Below are positions 1 through 9,001 of a DNA stretch of 64,000 nt, one piece after another. Below the pieces are notes generated by a model. It was not told where the DNA came from. It saw only the letters and a list, made by a program, of their open reading frames with translations, and did no database searches. Location: positions 352,001-416,000 of the forward strand of contig OZ245366.1 of the NCBI GenBank assembly GCA_965226585.1, given 5' to 3'. Both the position numbers and the translations under genes were made by a program. The stretch comes from Thermodesulfobacteriota bacterium. GTDB lineage: Bacteria > Desulfobacterota_D > UBA1144 > Nemesobacterales > Mycalebacteriaceae. The first letter of the stretch is position 1. Each line of letters begins with the position of its first letter.

Positions 1-2
1 CC

Positions 3-1388
3 GAGAAGATACGCGGCCCCATTCTCTGCTTTGTGGGACCTCCGGGAGTGGGAAAAACCTCTCTCGCAAAATCCATAGCGAGGTCTATGGGAAGAAAGTT
101 TGTGCGTGTTTCCCTCGGAGGAGTCAGAGACGAATCCGAGATACGCGGCCACAGAAGAACCTACATAGGCGCGCTTCCGGGAAAGATAATTCAGGGCATG
201 AAGAAAGCCGGAACCAACAACCCCGTGTTCCTTCTTGACGAGATGGACAAACTCGGAATGGACTTCAGGGGCGACCCGGCGTCCGCGCTTCTTGAGTGCC
301 TCGACCCGGAACAGAACTGCAACTTTAATGACCACTATCTGGAGGCGGACTACGACCTGTCCAAGGTGCTGTTTATCGCCACCGCGAACATAATTCACAC
401 GATTCCGTGGGCGCTTCAGGACAGAATGGAGATAATACGCATTCCGGGTTACACCGAGGATGAGAAACTCCGCATAGCAAAGAATTTCCTGCTCGGCAAA
501 CAGACAAAAGAGCACGGGCTTACTGAAAGCGCCGTCAGCGTGGCGGATTCCGCGCTTCTTGAGATGATAAGGCGCTACACCAAGGAAGCCGGAGTGAGAA
601 CGCTTGAGCGCGAAATTGCCAAACTGTGCAGAAAGGTCGCGCGGAAAGTGGCGGAAAAACAAGGCGGCAAATCCGGCTCGAAGGTCAGGGTGACGGCGAG
701 GAACATCGGCTCCTATCTCGGAGTTCCGAAGTTCAAGCACGGCGAAATAGAAAAAGACAACCAGATTGGAGCCGTAACGGGGCTCGCGTGGACTGAGGTT
801 GGCGGCGAACTTCTCACCATAGAGGTTTCCATCGTTCCCGGAAAGGGAAGTTTTACGGTTACGGGCGTCAAGCCGGAAGGCGAGAACGTTATGAAAGAGT
901 CCGCCCGCGCGGCAATGAGCTATGTCCGTTCGCGAGGAGCGCAACTCGGGCTTGACAGGGATTTCTACCAGATGGTTGACATCCACATTCACGCCCCCGA
1001 AGGAGCGACACCCAAAGACGGTCCGTCTGCCGGAATAGCCATAGTTACGGCGATTGTGTCCGCCCTGCTCAAAAAACCGGTCAAGCGCGATGTGGCGATG
1101 ACGGGAGAGATAACCCTCAGGGGGCAGGTGCTCCCCATAGGCGGGCTGAAAGAGAAAATACTTGCCGCCCAGCGAGGGAAGGTTAAGACCGTGATACTTC
1201 CGCAAGAGAACGAGAAGGACATGGAGGAAGTTCCCGCCGAGGTGAAAAAGGGAGTGGAGATAAAGTTTGTGGAGCACATGGACAAGGTTCTTGAAGAGGC
1301 GATCATTTCCGAAGAGCCGCTTCTCAGGAGTTTCGTTTCCCCGCTTGGGAGCGGAAGCATTGAGGTTCCCGAAACCAAGATGAACTGA
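3..1388 (+). CDS. lon: ATP-dependent protease La (Lon), 5'-truncated by window edge
   Basis: Frame open from base 3 ([20 protein letters not shown]alker A); [17 protein letters not shown] Walker B, PKDGPSAG catalytic Ser and GGLKEK Lys. Confidence 0.97.
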   Translation, partial: EKIRGPILCFVGPPGVGKTSLAKSIARSMGRKFVRVSLGGVRDESEIRGHRRTYIGALPGKIIQGMKKAGTNNPVFLLDEMDKLGMDFRGDPASALLECLDPEQNCNFNDHYLEADYDLSKVLFIATANIIHTIPWALQDRMEIIRIPGYTEDEKLRIAKNFLLGKQTKEHGLTESAVSVADSALLEMIRRYTKEAGVRTLEREIAKLCRKVARKVAEKQGGKSGSKVRVTARNIGSYLGVPKFKHGEIEKDNQIGAVTGLAWTEVGGELLTIEVSIVPGKGSFTVTGVKPEGENVMKESARAAMSYVRSRGAQLGLDRDFYQMVDIHIHAPEGATPKDGPSAGIAIVTAIVSALLKKPVKRDVAMTGEITLRGQVLPIGGLKEKILAAQRGKVKTVILPQENEKDMEEVPAEVKKGVEIKFVEHMDKVLEEAIISEEPLLRSFVSPLGSGSIEVPETKMN

Positions 1389-1418
1389 AGAGTTTTTGCT
1401 TAAACTTGCCGCGCGCCC

Positions 1419-1447
1419 TTGAATAATTTCCGATAAGCCTTTACACT
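1419..1447 (+). promoter_or_regulatory. sigma70-type promoter for RRM gene
   Basis: TTGAAT-N17-TACACT upstream of AGGAG RBS and ATG 1505. Confidence 0.6.
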
Positions 1448-1504
1448 TGGGGCGAGCCGCCGGGTCTTGCCGGGCGTTTTAAATCAACCTTTACAGGAGA
1501 GTAA

Positions 1505-1765
1505 ATGAATATATACGTAGGAAATTTGCCTTACAACACAACCGAAGACGAACTCAGGGATCTGTTTTCACAGCACGGTTCGGTTGTAAGCGTGAATATA
1601 ATCAAGGACAGAGAGACAGGGAATTCAAAGGGATTTGGATTTGTGGAGATAGCCGAACAGGAAGCCGCTGAGAAAGCCATCAGCGAGCTCGACGGCTCAA
1701 CACTGAACAACAGAAACCTGAAAGTAAACCAGGCCCGCCCCAAGGGCGACAGCATCAGGCGCTAA
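1505..1765 (+). CDS. RRM-domain RNA-binding protein
   Basis: RNP2 IYVGNL and RNP1 KGFGFVE; AGGAG RBS. Confidence 0.95.
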   Translation: MNIYVGNLPYNTTEDELRDLFSQHGSVVSVNIIKDRETGNSKGFGFVEIAEQEAAEKAISELDGSTLNNRNLKVNQARPKGDSIRR

Positions 1766-1941
1766 TACCGCCTCAGCCGGGGCGGCTAAACCGCTCCGCT
1801 TTCGTTTTTCTTTCGGCCTTTATCGCTTCCGGCAATCGGAGGCGTGGCAATTCAGCCGGTTTTTTGCGAAAAACCGCTCCGTACTGTGGAGTGTTTTTTG
1901 CGGGTCGGTTAGTATAGCCACAAGCCCCGGATCGGACGCCA

Positions 1942-4900
1942 ATGAAAAACAATTTTGTTCATCTTCACGTGCACTCCCAGTACTCACTTCTGGACGGCGC
2001 GATAAAGTTTGACGAGCTTGTTGACAGAGTGAAAGAGTTGGATATGGGTGCGGTCGCGGTTACCGACCACGGCAACCTTTGCGGCGCCCGCGAGTTCTAC
2101 AACGAAGCGGCAAAGAAAGGCGTCAAGCCCATTATCGGCTGTGAGATTTATATTACCCCGACCCTGAAACTGGACAATCCGGGAGACGGAAAAAACTTTC
2201 ACCTTACGGTTCTCTGCATGAACGAGACCGGATATACGAACCTTTCCAATCTGGTTACGCGGGGCTACTTTGAAGGCTTTTATAGAAGGCCCAGAGTTGA
2301 CCGCGAGATGCTTGCCGAACATAACGAGGGGCTCATAGTTTTGAGCGGCTGTATGAGCAGTGAGTTGTCGCGGGCGATATTCAAGAGCACACCGGAAACT
2401 CCCGAAAACATCATCTCAACCTACAAGGAGATATTCGGCGACAGGTACTACCTTGAGGTTCAGGCAACCGGAACTCCTGAGCAGAACCGCATCAACAAAT
2501 CCTTGAAAAAACTGGGCGAAAAGTTTGACATTCCGCTTGTCGCCACAAACGACTGCCATTTTCTGCGGCGTTCCGACCACGGATTTCACGACGTTCTTCT
2601 CTGCATCCAGACGGGCAGTAAACTTGAAGACCGGAACAGAATGAGATTTCCGGGAGACGGTTTCTATCTGAAATCGCGGGAGGAGATGGAGAAGTCTCTC
2701 AAAGGGTACTCTGACGCGCTGGACAGAACGGTTCAGATAGCGGAAAGATGCGATTTTGAGTTTAAGGGCGAGGGCTACCGCTTTCCGAAATTTCCTCTGG
2801 AAAACGGACTTGACGCTGACGGGTTTTTGCACAAACTCGCTCTGGGCAAGATGAAGGAAAGGCTTGCGGTGCGCGGCATTACAGGCGAGGAGATTGAGAA
2901 ATACACCGAACGCCTTGACTATGAACTCGGCGAAATATGCAAGATGGGATTTGCGGATTATTTTCTTGTGGTCGCAGACCTTGTTCAAAACGCGAAAACC
3001 AACGGCATTCCGGTTGGTCCCGGCAGGGGAAGCGCGGCGGGAAGCCTTGCGGCTTACGCTCTGGGAATCACCGATGTCGACCCCATAGTTCACAAACTTA
3101 TATTTGAGCGGTTTCTCAATCCGGGCAGGGTGTCAATGCCCGATATTGACATAGATTTTTGCACCGAAGGGCGCGACAGGGTCATAGATTACGTAAGCGA
3201 GAAATACGGCAGAGAGAACGTTGCCCAGATAGGAACTTTCGGCAAGATGTCGTCAAAAGCCGTTGTGCGGGATGTGGGAAGAGTGCTGGGTGTTCCCTAC
3301 AGCGAAGTGGACAAGATTTCAAAACTTATTCCCTCCTACCGGGGCAAAGTGAGAAAGATTGAACAAGCCCTCAAGGAAAGCCCCGAACTGAGAAAGAAGG
3401 TTGAAGAGTCAGACGATATGACCCGCGTGGTTGAACTCGCGAAACCGCTTGAAGACATGGTGCGCCACGCTTCCACACATGCGGCGGGAGTGCTGATAGC
3501 GAGCGAAAAAATCTCAGACCGCGTTCCTCTCTACAAGGGCTCCAAAGACGAAACCGTGACACAGTTTGACATGGATGCCATTCAGGAACTCGGATACGTA
3601 AAGTTTGATTTCCTCGGGCTCAGAAACCTCACCGTTATCCGCAAAACAATTGACCTTATAGAAGAGAAGTCAAACGGCTCCGCGCCCGATTTGGACATAG
3701 ACCGTATGCCCCTTGATGACGAGGGGGCGTACAAACTTTTTGTCAACGGAAAGCCGCACGGGCTGTTTCAGGTTGAGGCGTCATCGGGAATGGCTTCCAT
3801 GCTCCGCAGGCTGAAACCTGAAAAGTTTGAAGACATAGTCGCCGCGCTCGCCCTCTACAGGCCCGGACCCATAGACAGCGGCATGGTTGAGGACTTCATC
3901 AAAAGAAAGAACGGCAAGGCGCGCGTCTCGTATCCGCACCCTCTGCTTGAGGAAATTCTCAGCGAAACGCACGGGCTGTTTGTGTATCAGGAGCAGATAA
4001 TGAGAACGGCAAGCGTTTGCGCGAACTACACCCTGTCGGACGCGGATTTGATGAGAAGGGCGATGGGAAAGAAAAATACTGCGGAGATGAAGGCGCAGAG
4101 GGAAAAGTTTGTATCCGGCGCGCTTGAAAACGGAATAGAAAAGGGAAAAGCCGCCGAACTGTTTGACATCATGGAGAAGTTTGCCGGCTATTCGTTCAAC
4201 AAGAGCCACAGCGCCGCCTACGCGCTTATCACCTACCAGACCGCTTTTCTGAAGGCGCACCATGCGGCTGAGTTTATGTCTTCCCTCATGACTGTTGATT
4301 CGGCAAACAACGACAAGGTGATTTCCCACATAGCGGAGTGCAGAAAGATGGAAATAAAAGTGCTTCCGCCCGATGTGAACGAGAGCATGGCGGAGTTTAC
4401 TCCGGTGGATTCCGGCACCATCCGCTTTGGTCTTTCCGCCCTCAAAAGCGTGAATGACGACGTTGTCGCAGACATAATCGCGGCGCGCGAAGAAGGCGCG
4501 TTCACGGATCTTTTTGATTTCTGTTCGCGGGTCAAGTCGAAGCGGCTCACAAAAAAGGTGTTTGAGATGCTTATAAGAAGCGGAGCGTTTGACTCTTTTG
4601 AAAGCAACAGGGCGAAGCTTTTCGGCTCTCTTGAAACGGTGGTTTCCTTCTACATGCTCAAACAGTCTGCGGCGGACAACGGGCAGGGCTCGCTTTTCAA
4701 TTCGCTGGAAAGCGAAGCCGTTATTCCGCCTCTTCCCGAAGTGGAGCCGTGGAGCGAGCAGGAGATGCTTGAAAGCGAACTTGAATCGCTGGGGCTTTTT
4801 GTTTCAAAACACCCGATGGAGAGATGCGCGGAGCAGTTGAAAATCGTTTCTTCCTGCGTTGACAGTTCCGGGTTTGAAGAGCTTAAAGACAGAAAAGAGG

Positions 4901-5394
4901 TATGCATCGCGGGCGTTGTGCGCTCCTTTTCAACGAAGGTTACAAAGTCCGGAAAAGGGCAGTTCGGCAGGATAGTTCTTGAAGACCTGAAGGGCTCGGT
5001 TGAGTGCGTAATCTTCAACGACGCCATAACCAGAAACCGCCTCCTGCTTGAGCAAAAAATACACCCGGTTGTGCTCATCGGCACGGTTGACGGCGGGGAA
5101 GACAAAAAGAGCCTCAAAGTGAAAGAGGCTCTGTCTGTTCACGACCTTATGGCGAAAAAGCACCGCGTTACAATCTCAATAGATGGCGAAGCCGCAGACG
5201 GCGATACCCTCATCAAACTGGAAAACATTATGAAACAGCACGGAGGCGGGTCCAAAGTTGATCTCAACCTCAAGGTTGACGGCAAAACCGTTTCCATAAA
5301 CGTGGGGAAATACGGGGTTGCCGCCACAGACGGTTTTGTCAGCGAGGTTAAAGGGCTTTTGGGAGACAGGTCTCTTTCACTTGATGTTTTGTAG
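1942..5394 (+). CDS. dnaE: DNA polymerase III alpha subunit
   Basis: PHP HLHVHSQYSLLDG/TDHG/TNDCH; GPGRGSAAGS; SMPDIDIDF; FNKSHSAAY; OB fold. Confidence 0.98.
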   Translation: MKNNFVHLHVHSQYSLLDGAIKFDELVDRVKELDMGAVAVTDHGNLCGAREFYNEAAKKGVKPIIGCEIYITPTLKLDNPGDGKNFHLTVLCMNETGYTNLSNLVTRGYFEGFYRRPRVDREMLAEHNEGLIVLSGCMSSELSRAIFKSTPETPENIISTYKEIFGDRYYLEVQATGTPEQNRINKSLKKLGEKFDIPLVATNDCHFLRRSDHGFHDVLLCIQTGSKLEDRNRMRFPGDGFYLKSREEMEKSLKGYSDALDRTVQIAERCDFEFKGEGYRFPKFPLENGLDADGFLHKLALGKMKERLAVRGITGEEIEKYTERLDYELGEICKMGFADYFLVVADLVQNAKTNGIPVGPGRGSAAGSLAAYALGITDVDPIVHKLIFERFLNPGRVSMPDIDIDFCTEGRDRVIDYVSEKYGRENVAQIGTFGKMSSKAVVRDVGRVLGVPYSEVDKISKLIPSYRGKVRKIEQALKESPELRKKVEESDDMTRVVELAKPLEDMVRHASTHAAGVLIASEKISDRVPLYKGSKDETVTQFDMDAIQELGYVKFDFLGLRNLTVIRKTIDLIEEKSNGSAPDLDIDRMPLDDEGAYKLFVNGKPHGLFQVEASSGMASMLRRLKPEKFEDIVAALALYRPGPIDSGMVEDFIKRKNGKARVSYPHPLLEEILSETHGLFVYQEQIMRTASVCANYTLSDADLMRRAMGKKNTAEMKAQREKFVSGALENGIEKGKAAELFDIMEKFAGYSFNKSHSAAYALITYQTAFLKAHHAAEFMSSLMTVDSANNDKVISHIAECRKMEIKVLPPDVNESMAEFTPVDSGTIRFGLSALKSVNDDVVADIIAAREEGAFTDLFDFCSRVKSKRLTKKVFEMLIRSGAFDSFESNRAKLFGSLETVVSFYMLKQSAADNGQGSLFNSLESEAVIPPLPEVEPWSEQEMLESELESLGLFVSKHPMERCAEQLKIVSSCVDSSGFEELKDRKEVCIAGVVRSFSTKVTKSGKGQFGRIVLEDLKGSVECVIFNDAITRNRLLLEQKIHPVVLIGTVDGGEDKKSLKVKEALSVHDLMAKKHRVTISIDGEAADGDTLIKLENIMKQHGGGSKVDLNLKVDGKTVSINVGKYGVAATDGFVSEVKGLLGDRSLSLDVL

Positions 5395-7776
5395 CCGCCC
5401 GTCGCTTTTTCCCGCCGCGCTCATCAGAGGCTCAAAAACTTCAGTTCCCGTAATTCTCTCTCCATCAGAAAACACCGAGACCATTCCCTCGTTTTCCGTC
5501 TCCCGTATCTCCGCCGGTGTTCCGCTCAAATCTCCCGCGCAACTGCGGCAAACCACAATTTCCGGGCGCGCCGTTTTTACCAGCGCGACCAGCGCGGCGC
5601 GGTTTTTATCATTAATTTTCGGCAGAAACACCACATCGCTTTCCACCTCATCTCCATACAGTTTCTCCACACCCTTTTTATGAGTATTGTGGATTGATTC
5701 CGTCAACAGGAACGAAGTTTTCCCCGCCACAACTTTCACCAGCAAGGGATACGGAACTCCGGAATTCTCCACGCCCATTTTTTCGTGTAAGTGCAGGAAC
5801 TTAATTTGCGCAAGACCGGTCTCTCCAATCTCTTGAACAGGTGATGAACGGTAGATTTTTTTCCACTTAACGCCGTGTTTTTCCACAGTTTTCCACAGTC
5901 TGTCGTTAAGTTTTGCACTGTTTATCCACAAGTTTTCCACACCGCCACCCTCTATAATTGCCGCCGCGCCGTTAAGCTGACCTCGGTCGTTTGAGAGCAG
6001 TATCAGAATGTCGGTTTTTGTAACGCGCTTTTTTCTGAGAGCAGGGAACACAACCGCCCTTTCTATGAAGTCCGAGCGGGCGAGTTTTGAAAAACCCCCT
6101 TTGATGAGAACCGTCTTTCCGTCCGGGAAGGTGAACAGCGCGATATTTTTTCTTCCCGCGTCAAAGAAAGACGCTTCGGTTTGCGCTCCGCCGGGGGGGC
6201 GGAAGTCGTAAGCCGCGCTCGCCGTGAGGCACAACATGAGAGCCGCCGCCGGATATGCCATTTTGCGGTTCAGTTTCACAAGCAGGAAAGCCGCCGCGCA
6301 CAGGTAGAATAGGGCGAAAGTCCACCCGCTGAGCGAAGGCACGGTAACGGCGGGCGCGATGGAAGACAGGGCTTCCACCAGCGCCAGCAGGACGGCGGCA
6401 AAAACGGACAACGCTTCAAGAAGAAAACCCGGAACGAAGCCGAGCACGGCGAAAACCGCCACCGACACTATGCACAGGGGCACCATCGCAAGCGCCACGG
6501 GCATAGCCGCGAGGTTGGCGGGGAAGGTGAGAACGGGAAGGAATCCGAACATGTTGATGACAAACGGCAGAGTTGCCGCCGTGGCGGCGGCAGTTGTGAA
6601 AAGCGCGGCGGCAAGGGCTTTTCCGGCTTTGAGTCCCGTGTTTTCCTCCGCTTCCTCTCTGCCGCCGCCGTAAAGATTCAGGGCGAGCAAAATTCCGAGA
6701 ACGGCTGAGAACGACAGTATAAAAGACGCCTCAAAAAGCGCGCCCGGGGCGGCAACAAGAATGATAATCGCGGCGGCGGCGAGAGAGTTGAGACGGTCAT
6801 CCTTTCTTCCCGCGACTATTGCGGTCAGGTACACCGCCGCCATAATCGCGGCGCGCACCGCGGAATTGCTCATCCCCGCGAGCAGGGCGTAGATGAACAC
6901 CGCCGGAATTGTGGCAAAGGCTGCCATTTTCGGCACGATGAAAGCCACCATCAGGTATCCCGATCTTTTCATAAGCCATTTGACGACCATGTAGAAAAAA
7001 ACCGCCGCCACCCCGACGTGAAGCCCGGAGATTGCCAGCAGGTGACCGATTCCGAGTTTGGAAAAGCGGGTTTTCAGCTCAACCGGCAGCGCGCTTTTGT
7101 CTCCGGTAGACAGGGCGTTCACAATCTCCGCGCTCGCGGGCTCAAGTTTCTGCCTTATAAAAACGGCGTAATCTCTGCGAAGCCCTCCCACAAGGCGCAA
7201 TATCGGATTTGAATCCCCCGCTCCCGCAGTCTTGATTTTGCCGGCGTCCGAATAAGCCGTGAAAAACACGCCCCTTGAGGCGAGCCTTTCCCGGTATCCT
7301 CCCGCGCCGGGGTTTTTGAACTCCCTGACGGGTTTGATTTTGAGGCGCGCCTCCACGCGGTCTCCGTAGGCGAGGCCGTCAAGCCCGTTTGAATAGACAA
7401 GGATTTTCCCGTCCGCTTTTTCCTCTACTCCCGAATGTTCAACCGCATCAACCAGAAGCGGAATTTTCGCGCTTGAGGGTCTTTTCTGCGCGTTTTCATA
7501 AAGCTGCCCTTTCACTACCACCTGCCTGTCAATATTCTTGAGAAGCGCGGGATCCGGCTTTGCCGAGTGGAGAAACGGCAGAATAATTCCGGCGGGCAGG
7601 AAGGCGAGAAAAAGCAGTTTCGGAAACCGCAGACCCGCCCCGGCGATGAACAACACCGCAAGCGCGGCCGCGTGATATGCGGACGGCATATAGCGTGAAG
7701 CCGTTATTCCCAGAATAAGCAGGATTGCGCACACGGCAATTTTGTGCGCCCTGAACAGTGTGGAGAGGGCAGGCAT
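5377..7776 (-). CDS. comEC: ComEC/Rec2 DNA uptake channel with degenerate C-terminal beta-lactamase-fold domain
   Basis: GIGHLLAISGLHVG, SAVRAAIM, SFILSFSAVLGI motifs; many TM segments. Confidence 0.9.
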   Translation of the reverse strand: MPALSTLFRAHKIAVCAILLILGITASRYMPSAYHAAALAVLFIAGAGLRFPKLLFLAFLPAGIILPFLHSAKPDPALLKNIDRQVVVKGQLYENAQKRPSSAKIPLLVDAVEHSGVEEKADGKILVYSNGLDGLAYGDRVEARLKIKPVREFKNPGAGGYRERLASRGVFFTAYSDAGKIKTAGAGDSNPILRLVGGLRRDYAVFIRQKLEPASAEIVNALSTGDKSALPVELKTRFSKLGIGHLLAISGLHVGVAAVFFYMVVKWLMKRSGYLMVAFIVPKMAAFATIPAVFIYALLAGMSNSAVRAAIMAAVYLTAIVAGRKDDRLNSLAAAAIIILVAAPGALFEASFILSFSAVLGILLALNLYGGGREEAEENTGLKAGKALAAALFTTAAATAATLPFVINMFGFLPVLTFPANLAAMPVALAMVPLCIVSVAVFAVLGFVPGFLLEALSVFAAVLLALVEALSSIAPAVTVPSLSGWTFALFYLCAAAFLLVKLNRKMAYPAAALMLCLTASAAYDFRPPGGAQTEASFFDAGRKNIALFTFPDGKTVLIKGGFSKLARSDFIERAVVFPALRKKRVTKTDILILLSNDRGQLNGAAAIIEGGGVENLWINSAKLNDRLWKTVEKHGVKWKKIYRSSPVQEIGETGLAQIKFLHLHEKMGVENSGVPYPLLVKVVAGKTSFLLTESIHNTHKKGVEKLYGDEVESDVVFLPKINDKNRAALVALVKTARPEIVVCRSCAGDLSGTPAEIRETENEGMVSVFSDGERITGTEVFEPLMSAAGKSDGRLQNIK

Positions 7777-8966
7777 CAGGCTTTTTCAATCAGGCACATC
7801 GCCTTTGCCGCCACCCCTTCGCCCCTGCCGGTGAAGCCCATTTTCTCCGTGGTTGTGGCTTTTATGTTCACCGCGTCCGTTCCCAGTATGGCTGAGATTT
7901 TTTCCCGCATCTCTCCGGTGTGCGGAGACAGGCGGGGTTTTTCGCAGACAATCACGCAGTCCACATTCACGGCTTGAAAACCGGCGCGTGATATGATGGC
8001 GCGAGTCTGTTCCAGCAGATGCGCCCCTGTCGCGTTTTTGTACGCGGGGTCTGAGTCCGGAAAATGCTTGCCTATATCTCCAAGCCCCGCCGCTCCCAGA
8101 AGAGAGTCGCATATCGCGTGGGCAAGGGCATCTGCGTCTGAATGTCCTATAAGCCCTTTCTCAAACGGAATCTCCACACAGCCGAGAAACAGTTTTCTGT
8201 TCTTCCCAAACCTGTGGGCGTCAAATCCTGTTCCAACTCTGAAGCTCTTCATTCCGCCCCGCTCGAGCCCCCTGATGATTGCTTCGGCTGTTATCAAGTC
8301 TTCGCCGGTGGTGATTTTCATGTTCCGTTTTTCCCCTCCGGCGATAAGCACCTCTTTTCCGCGCCCTTCAAAAAGAGACGCTTCATCGGTTATCTCTTCG
8401 GGGTTTCCCGAAAAGTTTTCATAGATTTCCCCAAGCAGTTCTTTGCGGAACGCCTGAGGCGTTTGCGCCCGCCACACTCCGGAGCGCGGTATGCATTTGT
8501 GAAAGTACCGCTCTGCGCCGTTTTTTTCGTCCCCCCGGGTTTTCTTTATCGTGTCGTCAAGGGCAACTCCCGCAGAAGCCGCGCCGGAATCGTTCGCTCC
8601 CGAGATAACCGCCAGTATGGAGTGAGTGCTCACAAACGGTCTTGCCGCATCGTGAAAAACAACCACACCGCCGCCTGCGTTTTCAAATCCCAGCCGCGCG
8701 GATTCAAAGCGCGTTTTTCCACCGGTGATAACCTTTGTTTTTCCGCCTCCAAATTTTTCCGCTACTTCCTGTGCCTGTCCGATATGCTCTGCGGGGGCGG
8801 TGATTATGATTTCGCCTATGCCTTCGCAGTCTCTGAAAGTTTCAAGGCTGTGGGCAAGGAGCGGTTTTCCGCACAGATTCAGAAACTGCTTCGGCTCTCC
8901 CCCGACCCGTTTTCCCTCTCCCGCCGCGAGAATGATGGCGGAAACAATAGACCTGTTTTCTAACAT
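7776..8966 (-). CDS. ispDF: Bifunctional IspD/IspF (MEP pathway)
   Basis: LAAGEGKR, HDAARP, AQTPQ (IspD); GFDAHRF, GHSDAD, KATTTEKMGFTGRGEG (IspF). Confidence 0.95.
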   Translation of the reverse strand: MLENRSIVSAIILAAGEGKRVGGEPKQFLNLCGKPLLAHSLETFRDCEGIGEIIITAPAEHIGQAQEVAEKFGGGKTKVITGGKTRFESARLGFENAGGGVVVFHDAARPFVSTHSILAVISGANDSGAASAGVALDDTIKKTRGDEKNGAERYFHKCIPRSGVWRAQTPQAFRKELLGEIYENFSGNPEEITDEASLFEGRGKEVLIAGGEKRNMKITTGEDLITAEAIIRGLERGGMKSFRVGTGFDAHRFGKNRKLFLGCVEIPFEKGLIGHSDADALAHAICDSLLGAAGLGDIGKHFPDSDPAYKNATGAHLLEQTRAIISRAGFQAVNVDCVIVCEKPRLSPHTGEMREKISAILGTDAVNIKATTTEKMGFTGRGEGVAAKAMCLIEKA

Positions 8967-8972
8967 TTGAAA

Positions 8973-9001
8973 ATGCTATATCTGTGGGCGTTTTCATTCA
9001 A
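8973..9001 (-). promoter_or_regulatory. sigma70-type promoter for ispDF, probably leaderless
   Basis: Minus strand TTGAAT-N17-TAGCAT, 6 nt before ATG at 8966; no SD sequence. Confidence 0.55.
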
